Origin: Antedon mediterranea
Lineage: Eukaryota; Animalia; Echinodermata
DNA: 64,000 nt
Assembly (NCBI RefSeq): GCF_964355755.1
Contig: NC_092672.1
Location: 9,796,001 to 9,860,000, forward strand
Direction of reading: 5' to 3'
The position numbers and the translations under genes were made by a program. The notes beneath the pieces are model-generated. The model searched no databases and was not told the origin of the DNA. It worked only from the letters and a program-made list of their open reading frames with translations. Positions 42,904-53,247 of the stretch are shown in pieces. Positions within the stretch are counted from its first letter, which is position 1. Every line of letters begins with the position of its first letter.

Positions 42904-43140
42904 GGGAGTTGGGTAGCTGAGTGGTTAGGACACTTAAACTGTCATACAGAGAGACCCGTGTTCAATTACCGACAACTCCCAGTCCACTTAGCTGTAAATG
43001 AGTACTTGGTTGAAAACACTAGGATAAGGCAGCATGGAAAGAAACTGGCCACCCTACCACATAATGCTGAGGCTTAGTACAATTAGCTCCTAACAGCTCA
43101 TTCCCCTACATTCAGAATGAACATGGAACACCTCTCACCT
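42904..43140 (+). mobile_element. tRNA-derived SINE
   Basis: Head gggagttg...caactccc pairs like an acceptor stem; A box tagctgagtgg, B-box-like gtgttcaattacc; body agctgtaaatgagtac...aaactggccaccctacc. The 3' end is approximate. Confidence 0.65.
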
Positions 43141-43634
43141 CATGTTTAGATTAAGAACTTTGATGATGTCTGTAAAACTTTTAGGAAAACTATAAGTTTC
43201 CTTCTGAGTTTTTTGCACTTTAGTAGTTTTTTTTAAGCAGTGTGTGGTATACAGTACTTTTGGGTTCAGCTAATCACCCTAATCATTTCCTATTGTAGGT
43301 TTTAAAAGGAAATTTTATTAACGGTTAGTAGGTAATATTTTGGTCTATCTGCTTATTTGGGCAAAATATTGCATTTAATGACTCACTACGAAGGTGATTT
43401 GTAAAATACGGTTAATGGAAAATTAACACACAGCTAAAATGACAGTGTATTTTTATCTTCTTTATTAATATAATATAATTTATTGTATGCTTGATTTAAT
43501 CTAGATAAAATTGCATAGATTGTTTTTTCAACTTGGAATTGCCCTTGTTTTTTTCTCCATTAATCATGGTTAGATTAGCACGTAATACAATTTTAATATT
43601 ATTAATACATATGTTATATCTTTAACTTTGATAG

Positions 43635-43942
43635 CAATGAAGGCAGATAGGAAACGATTAAAAGGCGAGAAAGTTGATCTTTTAAAACAAATGAAGCAAC
43701 TCTATCGAACGTTAGAAGCAAATGAGGGCAGTCTTCGCAATTACATTCATAAATTTGAAGAACAGATGGACGAAAAGGATGGTGAACTACACAGAATGCA
43801 AGATGAGAAAGAAGAAATTGAAAAGGACAAATGGGAAGTGCTAAGAAGAGCGAAGGAAGCTGCAGAAAGATCAATAGTATTAAGGGATAGCAATGAGGAA
43901 AAGGACCGTCAAATTGCTACTCTTCTTCATACTTTAGATCAG
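43635..43942 (+). CDS. KAZN: Kazrin coiled-coil exon (AMKADRKRLKGEKVDLL...LLHTLDQ)
   Basis: Hallmark kazrin motif AMKADRKRLKGEK. Acceptor tttgatag|, donor CAG|GTATAA; phase 1 to 0. Confidence 0.95.
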
Positions 43943-44061
43943 GTATAAGCAAAACGATATCTGACCTTTTTTTTCACCTCAGCTAGGTTCCATTATTTTT
44001 TGTAGCGTTCCACATTATTTGAGATGAAGCTTCCACAGTATTCGAGATGAAGCTATTCTAA

Positions 44062-44210
44062 AGCTCTGTATATCAAACTAGTTTGACGAAAAATATGTGA
44101 TGTGCCCAAATATTTTAGTGATATGCCCAAATATGATAGTGATATAGACATCATTATATATGGGCACATCACATTTTGTTGTCACATAAAGTTTGATAGT
44201 GTAGACAGCT
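44062..44210. mobile_element. Short AGCTCTGTCTACAC MITE, copy 2
   Basis: Same internal motifs (tgtgatgtgcccaaatat, gtcacataaagtttgatagtgtagacag). Confidence 0.8.
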
Positions 44211-44345
44211 TTACAATTCTATAAAAACCATATTTAACCAATCTTCATATAAATCAAATAAAACATAATTTGCACCCGTTTCTGCTTTCAAAAAGTGATC
44301 AAATAAGAAATCTAAAGAGCCAACTTGTTTGTTTTTTTTATATAG

Positions 44346-44577
44346 TTAAGAAGAGAATTAAGTGAAGTGACACATCAGCCAGTAGATATAAAATACCCTA
44401 TTCATATTACAACTAGTACTCCATATGACACACCTATAGACACGCCCATGTCAACGCCCGGGAGGAGTTCTCAGGAAGGTGACACAGACAATGACACGGC
44501 TTCTCTAATTCAAAGTGAAAATAGCACGCCACCAATGTCTAGAAGTCAAAGGTCACAGACGCAATCAATGATAGCAG
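44346..44577 (+). CDS. KAZN: Kazrin Ser/Thr/Pro-rich linker exon (LRRELSEVTHQP...QSMIA)
   Basis: Acceptor tttttttatatag|, donor CAG|GTAAGA; phase 0 to 1. Confidence 0.88.
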
Positions 44578-44947
44578 GTAAGAATGGTAAACAAATATAT
44601 TTTCAAAACAACTTTGTTCAAAAAAATAAATAAAATCAATGATTTTAAAAATTGAATTTAAAAATGTGTATAATTGTTTGAAATTTCCATATTTACATCA
44701 TCAAAACAAGACTAAAATGTGCCACATTCAAACTATTTGTTTATTATTTATTGATTGACATGATCACAGCTTTTGACATTTCAAATTGAAACCATACGAT
44801 ATGCGCATCTTGGGTAAAGTAACATACGGATTTCATCATCTTTCAATTCTCAATTGTCAAACAGTTGACACAACATATCTCTGTGCAGTTCATATAGCAG
44901 TCTGCACAAACAAGAATTAGGCCATGCAAAGATGATTCGTTGGTTAA

Positions 44948-45150
44948 CATCCATTCACACAATAAACTATATAATTTTAGGAACAGTTTGTATAACAAGA
45001 TCTCTTTAAGCATCCATTCACACAATAAACTATATTTAGTTGTAAGAGCAGTTTGTAGATTAACAAGACTTTTTTTAGAATTCGTTTGCACACAATAAAC
45101 TTTATAGTTTTATGAGCAGTTTGTATAGTCGTTTTAGCATCCAATCACAA
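44948..45150. repeat. Degenerate tandem repeat, about 60-70-bp unit (catccattcacacaataaactatat...cagtttgta)
   Basis: Three or more related units visible. Confidence 0.6.
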
Positions 45151-45826
45151 AAGATTGTAATTGTGAGAATTAATTAAGCAATCAATATTAAATCAAACTA
45201 GCAAATTAAGTACATTTTCTAGTGGTTTAAAGAGAAAATAAATTAAAAACATTTATTTTAATAAACAATTGCATGCAAATAATAAACTTTCTAAACAAAC
45301 TATTAGCATATTGAAACATATTGTTTGTGATTTAGCAAGTAGTATACAGTACTGTAATATGTTTGTTCCGCGAAGTATAATATGTATGTATTCAAAATAA
45401 TCAAAAGAACAAAACATTTGCAGAGTGAATGTGATAAAAATAGTTCCAGAGTTTTAATGCTAATAGATTACAAAGAGGAATATGTTTATAAATAGAACCA
45501 ATTAATAAACTGTACTTAAACTATAACATTTGATTAATTTTTATTTTTTTTAATCTAAAAAAAATATTGCTAATCATTATTGACATTTCATTGGCTTGTT
45601 AGAAAACATTTTATTTATCAACTCACGTTAATTGTCAGACATTCTTTCAACATCAACCATTTTTACTTTTTTTGACAACTATAATTACTCACCAACTTTT
45701 ACAATTTCGTTTTTATCCATTGTTACAATCATCGTCTTTTATTTAACACCTAATAACATTTCTTTTGTTTTTTCTTAAATTTGTATATTTTTTGTGTATT
45801 TTTTATTTGTTTTTTTCGAAAAGTAG

Positions 45827-45847
45827 AAACATGTGAGAGGTGTGGTG
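45827..45847 (+). CDS. KAZN: Candidate 21-nt (or 24-nt from 45824) microexon encoding (V)ETCERCG
   Basis: A 183-nt AG-free pyrimidine-rich zone (45639-45821) ends in AAG|TAG|. Donor GTG|GTAACT; phase 1 to 1, open frame. Confidence 0.6.
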
Positions 45848-46285
45848 GTAACTGAATTAATAAAACTGGGAATGGTGTGAAATTAATATAATAAGTGACT
45901 TAATTTCCAATGCATTATCTATACATAAAACATCATTAATAATGATGTTTTATGTATAGCTAATACTGTACCCTTCACATCTCTATACTGGTATGCTGGT
46001 GTGTGTAGACTCTGGAGTAATAATAATATATTGGATCTCTTTAAAATTGTCTTAATTTCACACCATTTCATGTGATATTAATAGCATCTTGACATAAATT
46101 TGTTATATATTTATTTATATTTTTTGAATATGTTAAAATTGTTCATACCATTGTTTTCCAATTTCTCCTTAATGGATTCCTCCCCTTTCCTAGTATTGTA
46201 TCTTTCCCTTCCCCTGTACAGGGGAACCCACAAACCTTCCTTTCCAAATTCCTGCATTCGTGTGATGAAACGTCCTTTTTTTCAG

Positions 46286-46327
46286 CGGTCAAAGGTCAAA
46301 TGGAGAAGATGTCGAAAAGTTTTAGTT
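46286..46327 (+). CDS. KAZN: Candidate 42-nt cassette exon encoding AVKGQMEKMSKSFS
   Basis: Acceptor cctttttttcag|, donor |GTGAGT; phase 1 to 1, open frame. Confidence 0.7.
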
Positions 46328-46614
46328 GTGAGTAGAGAAGCGGAATTTAGCGTCCGCCATGCATCTAGCGAGCATGCTACCCATTAACTCATCTATTCTA
46401 AGAGACGTTTGTCTCTCTTTCTTTCTTTATCATCCACTTTTGTACCATCATCCTGTGTTATTCTCTCTTTGTATCTGATTTTCTAACAACCTAGCAAATT
46501 CATAAATTTCTTTAAAATCAGGGATACAGTAATCAGTGCTTAATTAATATTTTTAAGGAAATTATTTCTATATCTGATCAATGTTTGGTGAAAATTTAAC
46601 TTTTTTTTCTGTTA

Positions 46615-47100
46615 CAGTAGAACCTCTTATTTGGGACACCCCTATTCAGGGGATACCTCTATTCAGGGGATACCTCTATTAAGGGGGTACCTCTATTAAG
46701 GGGATACCTCTATTCAGGGGGTACCTCTATTAAGGGGATACCTCTATTCAGGGGATACCTCTATTAAGGGGATACCTCTATTCAGGGGATACCTCTATTC
46801 AGGGGATACCTCTATTCAGGGGATACCTCTATTCAGGGGATACCTCTATTAAGGGGATACCTCTATTCAGGGGGTACCTCTATTAAGGGGATACCTCTAT
46901 TCAGGAGACACCCTATTTAGGGGATACCTCTATTCAGGGGACACCTCTATTCAGTGGACACCACTATTCAGTGGACACAATTTATAAGGTGGAAAAAAAT
47001 AAGGGAAAATATATGTTTTAATAAACAGCCAACCGCTATTCTTAATAAATCTCTATAAAGTATGTTGGGTCCTGCAGGTGTCCTTAATAGGGTTCTACTC
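46615..47100. mobile_element. Tc1/mariner-type MITE with an internally expanded minisatellite
   Basis: TA|cagtagaacc ... ggttctactc|TA. Confidence 0.7.
46640..46978. repeat. 17-bp minisatellite (CTATT[C/A]AGGGGATACCT), about 20 copies
   Basis: Direct head-to-tail repeats with no unique spacers. Confidence 0.95.
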
Positions 47101-47655
47101 TAGTCTATTTTAAAATTAAATAATGTATTTAAAATTTTAGACTAATAAATAGAACTATATAATCTTTGAATGTTGAAGTTGACAAAAACAATTTTGAAAC
47201 TCATAAAGCAATTTGAATGTATACATTTATACCTTAATAGTTGTTTTCTTAATTGGCATCTATTTTTTGGTGTCATATTTTAAATTATAACATTTCTTTT
47301 CTAGTTTAATTACATGTTTAAAGTACACATTCCATGCATGAATAGTTTAGACCACATTCACAAATTACATTCGTTCACTGTGTTGTTAACATTCCGTTTT
47401 GGATAAATCCTAAATTGTTCAGTTCAAATCAGTATATATTATAAAGTTCATCTAAATTTGTTTGCGAATTTGTGCACGAAAATGTAGTAAAATTAAACTA
47501 CGTCGGTACAGTATTTTGTTTTGTAGGCCTATGTAATTTTACCTTTTGGATGAAAAAGTCATATTCACACTGTGTATTATTTTCATACATTATTCCAAAT
47601 ACACACATTTTACTGTACAGTAGCTTTTGTTTGAATTTTAGCGTTTGCTTTGAGT

Positions 47656-47841
47656 ATAAGTGACTTTGATAACTCCAGAGGGCGGCATATTTACAACGTA
47701 AATCGTGACAAACATGTCCATCTAGGCCCTAGGCTAGGCGATGATGTAAGTTTACATCACCGCGCTATGGCCTAGATGGAAATTTTTGTCCCGATTTACG
47801 TTGTAAATATTGCGTCCTCTGGAGTTATCAAAGTCGCTTAT
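47656..47841. mobile_element. Palindromic hairpin element (MITE-like), about 75-bp arms
   Basis: ataagtgactttgataactccagagg...catctaggcc / ggcctagatg...cctctggagttatcaaagtcgcttat. Confidence 0.8.
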
Positions 47842-50089
47842 TATCTCGAACAATAGTAAACATTGTTCATTTATTTTACTTAAGAATATAATAGATAAAA
47901 CCTTTGAATTTTCTACTGTCTGCTATAGTAGCAATATTAACAATCAGGTTTTATAATATTAGAATTGGAATAAACTAATTTGTAGGCAATTAACAAATAT
48001 TTATAATCAATGCTTCGTAAGTTAGGGTTTCTTTGCATTTTACCCTTTTTGTGTACATTTTCATTTATGTTGTCTATCAGCTGCTTACTATCTCTCTGCA
48101 ATCTTGCCAATCATGCTTTAATTAATTAATTAATAATAATTAACTATGTGTGTTTTATAACTTAATTTTACCTTTTATGGTATTTTACCTTTAATTATAA
48201 TTAATGTAATTAACATAGATACGTAGAAGCTAATAATTCTCTGTAGAACTCTTTCTCAAGACAATATACTTTGTGGACACCTGTATGTTAATTGCATGTA
48301 TAAATATAATCGCAGGTGTTCACATTATTAAATCAATATACAATTTTTAGAAATTTGTTTAAATAATACAACCGTTTAGATTTAAAAAAAAAATATTTAT
48401 TACTAGTAACAAAATAAAATATAACTTTTCGAATATGATATTAAATGACATATGAGAGCCATGATATTAAATTCAAAATTCTAAGTACATGAACACATTT
48501 CCAAAAAGTTTCATTTAATTATTAACTAACTCAATCATAATGAATCGGTTTTTTCTTTACATTTTATTCAACTTAGGTAATTTTTTTAAATGTACTCAAA
48601 ATGAAGGCAAGTACACTAAATGATCATTATGGAAACATTTCTCTTCAGTTTCTATAAAGTTTCAAACTGATTTTGTATCAATTTCCTTTCTTCATTTACA
48701 TTTGGTTGTTCATCTAATTTAACTTTTTAAATAAAGTTTTAATATAAATATATATATTAATCTTGGGTTTTCTTTTTTGGAGGTAAAAGAATTTGCTTAT
48801 CATCATTATTATTAACATAGTTATTATTTTTTTCTTAATTTTTACCAATCTGTTTTCTCTACTGAATTAATATTATAAAGTGAAAGACTGAATTGAAAGA
48901 GAAGTAAAGATCAATCAATCGGTCAATCAAAAGATATAATAAATACAGAATGCAGATATCTGACTCATAATTTTGAATGCATTGGATTGTTTGACCTTTA
49001 TAGTGACCTCTTATCAGATAATGTGATTCAAAATTAGACAAAATAAGAAAAAAATGATTCAACACAAAGAGCCTTGACTTGTAACCAGATTTTAAGTTTT
49101 TGATTATTTGTGATACATATGAACCACTCTGTCACTGACACCGTAAATTTAATTTTTTTTTTAATGTATAACATTTTACATTAAATTATTTTGTGGGTCC
49201 CAAAGGATCTGCCCAAGCTACCCTGCAAGTCTACATATAATAAAAAATGTGTAATTACTATTTTTTTTTTGAATGGATTCTTTTTAGTTGACATGATTAC
49301 ACAAAGACTGGCAGTGTCACTCTAGGATTTTAAACTAAAGCCAGTAAAATCTAATTATAAATGATCTCCCTTCCCTCCTTTTTTTTTGTATTTAATAATT
49401 TTTTAAAAAATATAGTTCAACAACATTGAACTATTTTCATTTAAATTTCTTTTTAAATATTTATTTAAAACTCTAAAACATTTGGTCCTTTTAAAAATGT
49501 TTTTATGTTTTTATTAAATGATTTTCTTAAAAATATAATCCTTGTATTTGTATTTAAATTTCTTTTGATTCTTAAAAACTTTTATTTTTATTCAAATGAT
49601 TTTTAAGAATTTTAATACAATTGATAAAATCTATTGGTTAAAATCTAAGAATGATAAATGTGTCTGTCATTCCACTGTAGCCATTGTTTCTGGGCGTGCC
49701 TTAAATCTGATGAAAAATCCAGAACTCCTAAAATTAAAGTTAGATAAATAAATCAAAAAAGACGTTTTTGAGATAAGAATTAAGGTGATTAGCAGTTACA
49801 AGTGTATTTTCCTGACTTTTATCAACCCGTGCTTAAATAACAGGAAATCCCTTCAAGTTTAACAAATTTTATTTTTCTTTTTTTTTTTCCAACATTTATA
49901 ATTCGTTTATAATTTCCTTCTGTCTGTCTTATTATCGGTAACCACCCATATCAAACTTATCCTTCCACATTTCCATCGTCATTACGGTACCATATTTATC
50001 ATGAAACATTGTCATATTCACTATTAATACCCAATATGTAGTAATATAAATTAATATAAATAAATTGTTAACTTTGTTGAGTTGTGAAA

Positions 50090-50220
50090 AGCTCTGTCTA
50101 AACTATCAAATTTTGTGTAAAAAAAATGTGATGTGCCCATATATGGACATGATGATGTCATCACTACCATATTTGGGATATCACTACCATATTTGGGAAT
50201 ATGATAGTGTAGACAGAGCT
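50090..50220. mobile_element. Short AGCTCTGTCTACAC MITE, copy 3 (opposite orientation to copies 1, 2 and 4)
   Basis: Internal gtgcccatatatggacatgatgatgtca is the reverse complement of the motif in copy 4. Confidence 0.8.
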
Positions 50221-50999
50221 TTAGAATTATCTCATATACTACTACCGTATACTAGGAAAACTGAATAATGATATATGTATAGACCTTTGAAACAATGTCA
50301 GACAACATTGTTTAAAATACATTTAAAAAAAATTGATTTGCAGTTAAAACATTTCAACTTCATTTTTCCACTCATAATGAATTTCTCTTTCACTAAAACT
50401 TCAAACTATTACTAATGGTTCGCTAGATGCATGGTGATAAACATAAAAATAAGCCATGATATACTCGGCGTTCGTTTCAGCATTTACTATATTAAATGCG
50501 TGTTGACTTGATCAGTTTGATAATGGTATCTTAAAATGGTAATTAATGCCCATAGATGGGGAAAGATGCCCAGGTACACAAAAAAGTACATGTACCTGTT
50601 TTGTAAAGGATTATAAACCTGAAGAAAAATTCCCCCTTGCCTCTATCCCTATTATGTTTAAAGTAACATTATTTTCCCTTAAAACTCTTCCTGATTTCAT
50701 ACTATGTCATGTATGACAGTAATTGTGTGTGTAAAATAGATCTGTCATTTTCCTTTTCTTTGATTTTCTCTGCCAAAAATGTCAATATTGATGGAAAATT
50801 AAAAGTATGTACTATTTCATAGACACTAACAATTGATTTTAAAAGCAGTTTTATATAATTTAATGTTGCCATATGTTAGGATAATTATTGATACCATATA
50901 ATTAACATTTTTTAGACGTTTACAGTGCTCATTTAAATACAGCTAGGTAGGCCTATACTAATAGTATAAGACCAAATTGCAATAATGTAAGTAACACAC

Positions 51000-51000
<1 letters not shown>

Positions 51001-51032
<32 letters not shown>
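51001..51032. repeat. (TA)n microsatellite
   Basis: Read directly from the sequence. Confidence 0.9.
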
Positions 51033-51034
<2 letters not shown>

Positions 51035-51126
51035 AACCAGATATAATAATTTTGGTCAGTAGTTTTAAAACTCTTGTTTCATTGGCTTTACTTCCAAACT
51101 TATACAACACCAGAGACAGTCAATGA

Positions 51127-51262
51127 CTAGTCCTGTCCTGGGATGTCTAGAAAGACTTGGTTCTAGGCTCAAGGGACTAGAAAATAGAGAAAGCTCAGTC
51201 CACTGTCTCTCATGAGAAGAAGTTAGAATACTAAATCTTCCTAAACAGTTGGACCTACATTT
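51127..51262 (+). ncRNA. Candidate intronic H/ACA-like two-hairpin RNA
   Basis: Hairpin 1 at 51127-51180, ANANNA box AAAATA at 51181-51186, hairpin 2 at 51198-51254, ACA at 51257-51259. About 136 nt. No target identified. Confidence 0.3.
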
Positions 51263-52032
51263 TCTGTGTATCTTCCACATATGTTTCTATTGATTTGTCA
51301 AGTCTGTAGGCATATAAATTCCCCTGGGTGAGTGTTGTATGTTGAAGTCAAACACCAAATGATCTGACTAGGTGCATTAGACCTAGTTTTGTTTTGTTAT
51401 GAGTCAGTTATGCAAGATTGAATAGAAATTAAAATGACAATCTTTAAAAAAAAGAGAGAGATCTCTGAGGTAATGATCTGTATGTAAAAAAGTAATGGAA
51501 TATCTTTGCATAGCGGTTTTGTATAAGCACTTTAGAATTGTTGTTGCCCCATGTTTGTCAGCTTTTGCAGTTTTGAGTCACCCTCAATAAAAGAAGTTTG
51601 ATAAAATAAAAAAAAATAAATACTGCAAAATAATGATAATGGAAAATTTAATTAACTTACATATGGCAATAATTGGTAAAACAAAAATTTTTATTTGAAA
51701 ATAATAGGTCGTTATAACTATAAAAAAAACTAATTAAATAAACTAAAATAAAATTCATATACAATTCCTACAAATAAATATTAGAATTGACAGTGTGCTT
51801 TTAGGTATTAATGATACTTAATTAATGTGTATTAATATTATTGAACTTTGTTTGAAACTAGGTCATTGACCACGTTACCTCTTGATATAAGAACATCATA
51901 CACAGCGAATTATTACTACTATTACAGTATTAAGTTGTTTTGTGGGAAATTAAAATGCGACTTTATGACAGACAATATCTATAATGTTTTATTATATCAT
52001 TTTTTTTAATTTGATAAAATCATTTTCCTCAG

Positions 52033-52230
52033 ATTCGCAAGAAGACGATGAAAGTCGTGTGTTTCTAATTTCGTCTGATCATATATCGGTTTCTTCGGAA
52101 GAATTGTCATCATCAAGCAGAACAGTAAATGATCATCACAAAAAGAAAAAGAAATCAGGAAAGTTCAACTCATTGTCAAAAATGTTTGGAAAGAAGAACA
52201 AATCAACTTTAGATCAATTATCGTTTGATG
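52033..52230 (+). CDS. KAZN: Kazrin exon with basic NLS-like stretch (DSQEDDE...HHKKKKKSGKFNSLSKMFGKK...SFD)
   Basis: Matches human KRKKKKEKMGFGSISRVF...LFD. Acceptor ttttcctcag|, donor G|GTAAAT; phase 1 to 1. Confidence 0.92.
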
Positions 52231-52749
52231 GTAAATAAATATTAATTTTGCTTTTTATTATTCTATTTAATAATATTCATTAATTGATGATGTAATGATT
52301 TGCTTTATAGAATGAAATACATTTGTATCTCTCATCAAAATTGGAAAAAATAAGAGCAACAGATTATTTTTTTAAATAATAAAATTGGCCTCGCATAATG
52401 CATAAAGCCTCTATGCTATTTCACATTAAAAGTAAAAAGCTAAATGACATCAACTTGAAACTAAAAGTGCAAAAAACGCTTGCCACCCTTCCTGTCTATT
52501 GATAATTTAATCAATTATTTAAGAGATTAATTTTTGAATTAACTGGACTTTTGATGTGTTGAATTATATTTATATAATATTTTTAAATAGATTAATGATT
52601 CATAAATAGTCTTAACACACCACTGTTTCCTGTTGTATCACACAGTTTGACATTATCAAAACAACATGCAAACAACATTATTGTAAAACGACCAGTGATA
52701 TTAATTTGAAACGATAAGATGAGTAAATATGTGAGAATGAGAAAAAGTC

Positions 52750-52822
52750 GCCCCAACCGAAATTGCAACCCAGAACCTTCTGCTTGATATGCAGAATGTC
52801 CTTTCCATTAGACCACTGAGGC
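52750..52822 (-). pseudogene. Degenerate tRNA / tRNA-derived SINE head
   Basis: Minus strand gcctcagtggtctaatggaaaggacattctgcatatcaagcagaaggttctgggttgcaatttcggttggggc: cloverleaf-like with A box TGGTCTAATGG but a mutated T-loop (TTGCAAT). Confidence 0.55.
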
Positions 52823-53029
52823 TTTCATGGTATTGTTCAAACACAATTGGATAAATGACATGAATCATACATTTGTAATCAAAAATTTGAAATAAAACAC
52901 AACATTACTTTTCCTTAATTCACAGTGTATGAATGAAATGTTAATTTTACCTTTTTCTTAAATAACACCAGTGTCATAAGTAATTTAAAAACAATCCTAA
53001 CTTGTGTTCTTCTTTTTGTTATTTTTTAG

Positions 53030-53247
53030 ATTCATCAATATCAATAAATAATTTAAGCGTCTCTTCAAAACATAGTAGTATGGTAGAAATTGGTCTTGAC
53101 GAGCAAGAGAAGCTACGATTGGCTGAACTTTGCAAAGTTCAACCGATGCAACAATGGAGAGCCAATACTGTCCTTGCTTGGTTAGAACTTGTCTTGTGCT
53201 TGCCACAGTATACCCTGAAGTGTGCTGAGAATGTTAAAAGTGGAAAG
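53030..53247 (+). CDS. KAZN: Kazrin SAM1 first half (...WRANTVLAWLELVLCLPQYTLKCAENVKSGK)
   Basis: Acceptor ttttttag|, donor AAG|GTTAGA; phase 1 to 0. Confidence 0.95.

Noticed and set aside
46640-46978. CRISPR-like array
   Set aside because: Head-to-tail 17-bp repeats with no unique spacers, eukaryotic intron context and no cas genes; it is a minisatellite.
48770-48788. ttttggAG|GTaaaa ratchet-like site
   Set aside because: GAG is a disfavoured 3' splice site.
52750-52822. Functional tRNA gene
   Set aside because: T-loop/B box is mutated (TTGCAAT) and the anticodon loop is non-canonical; treated as a pseudogene or SINE head.
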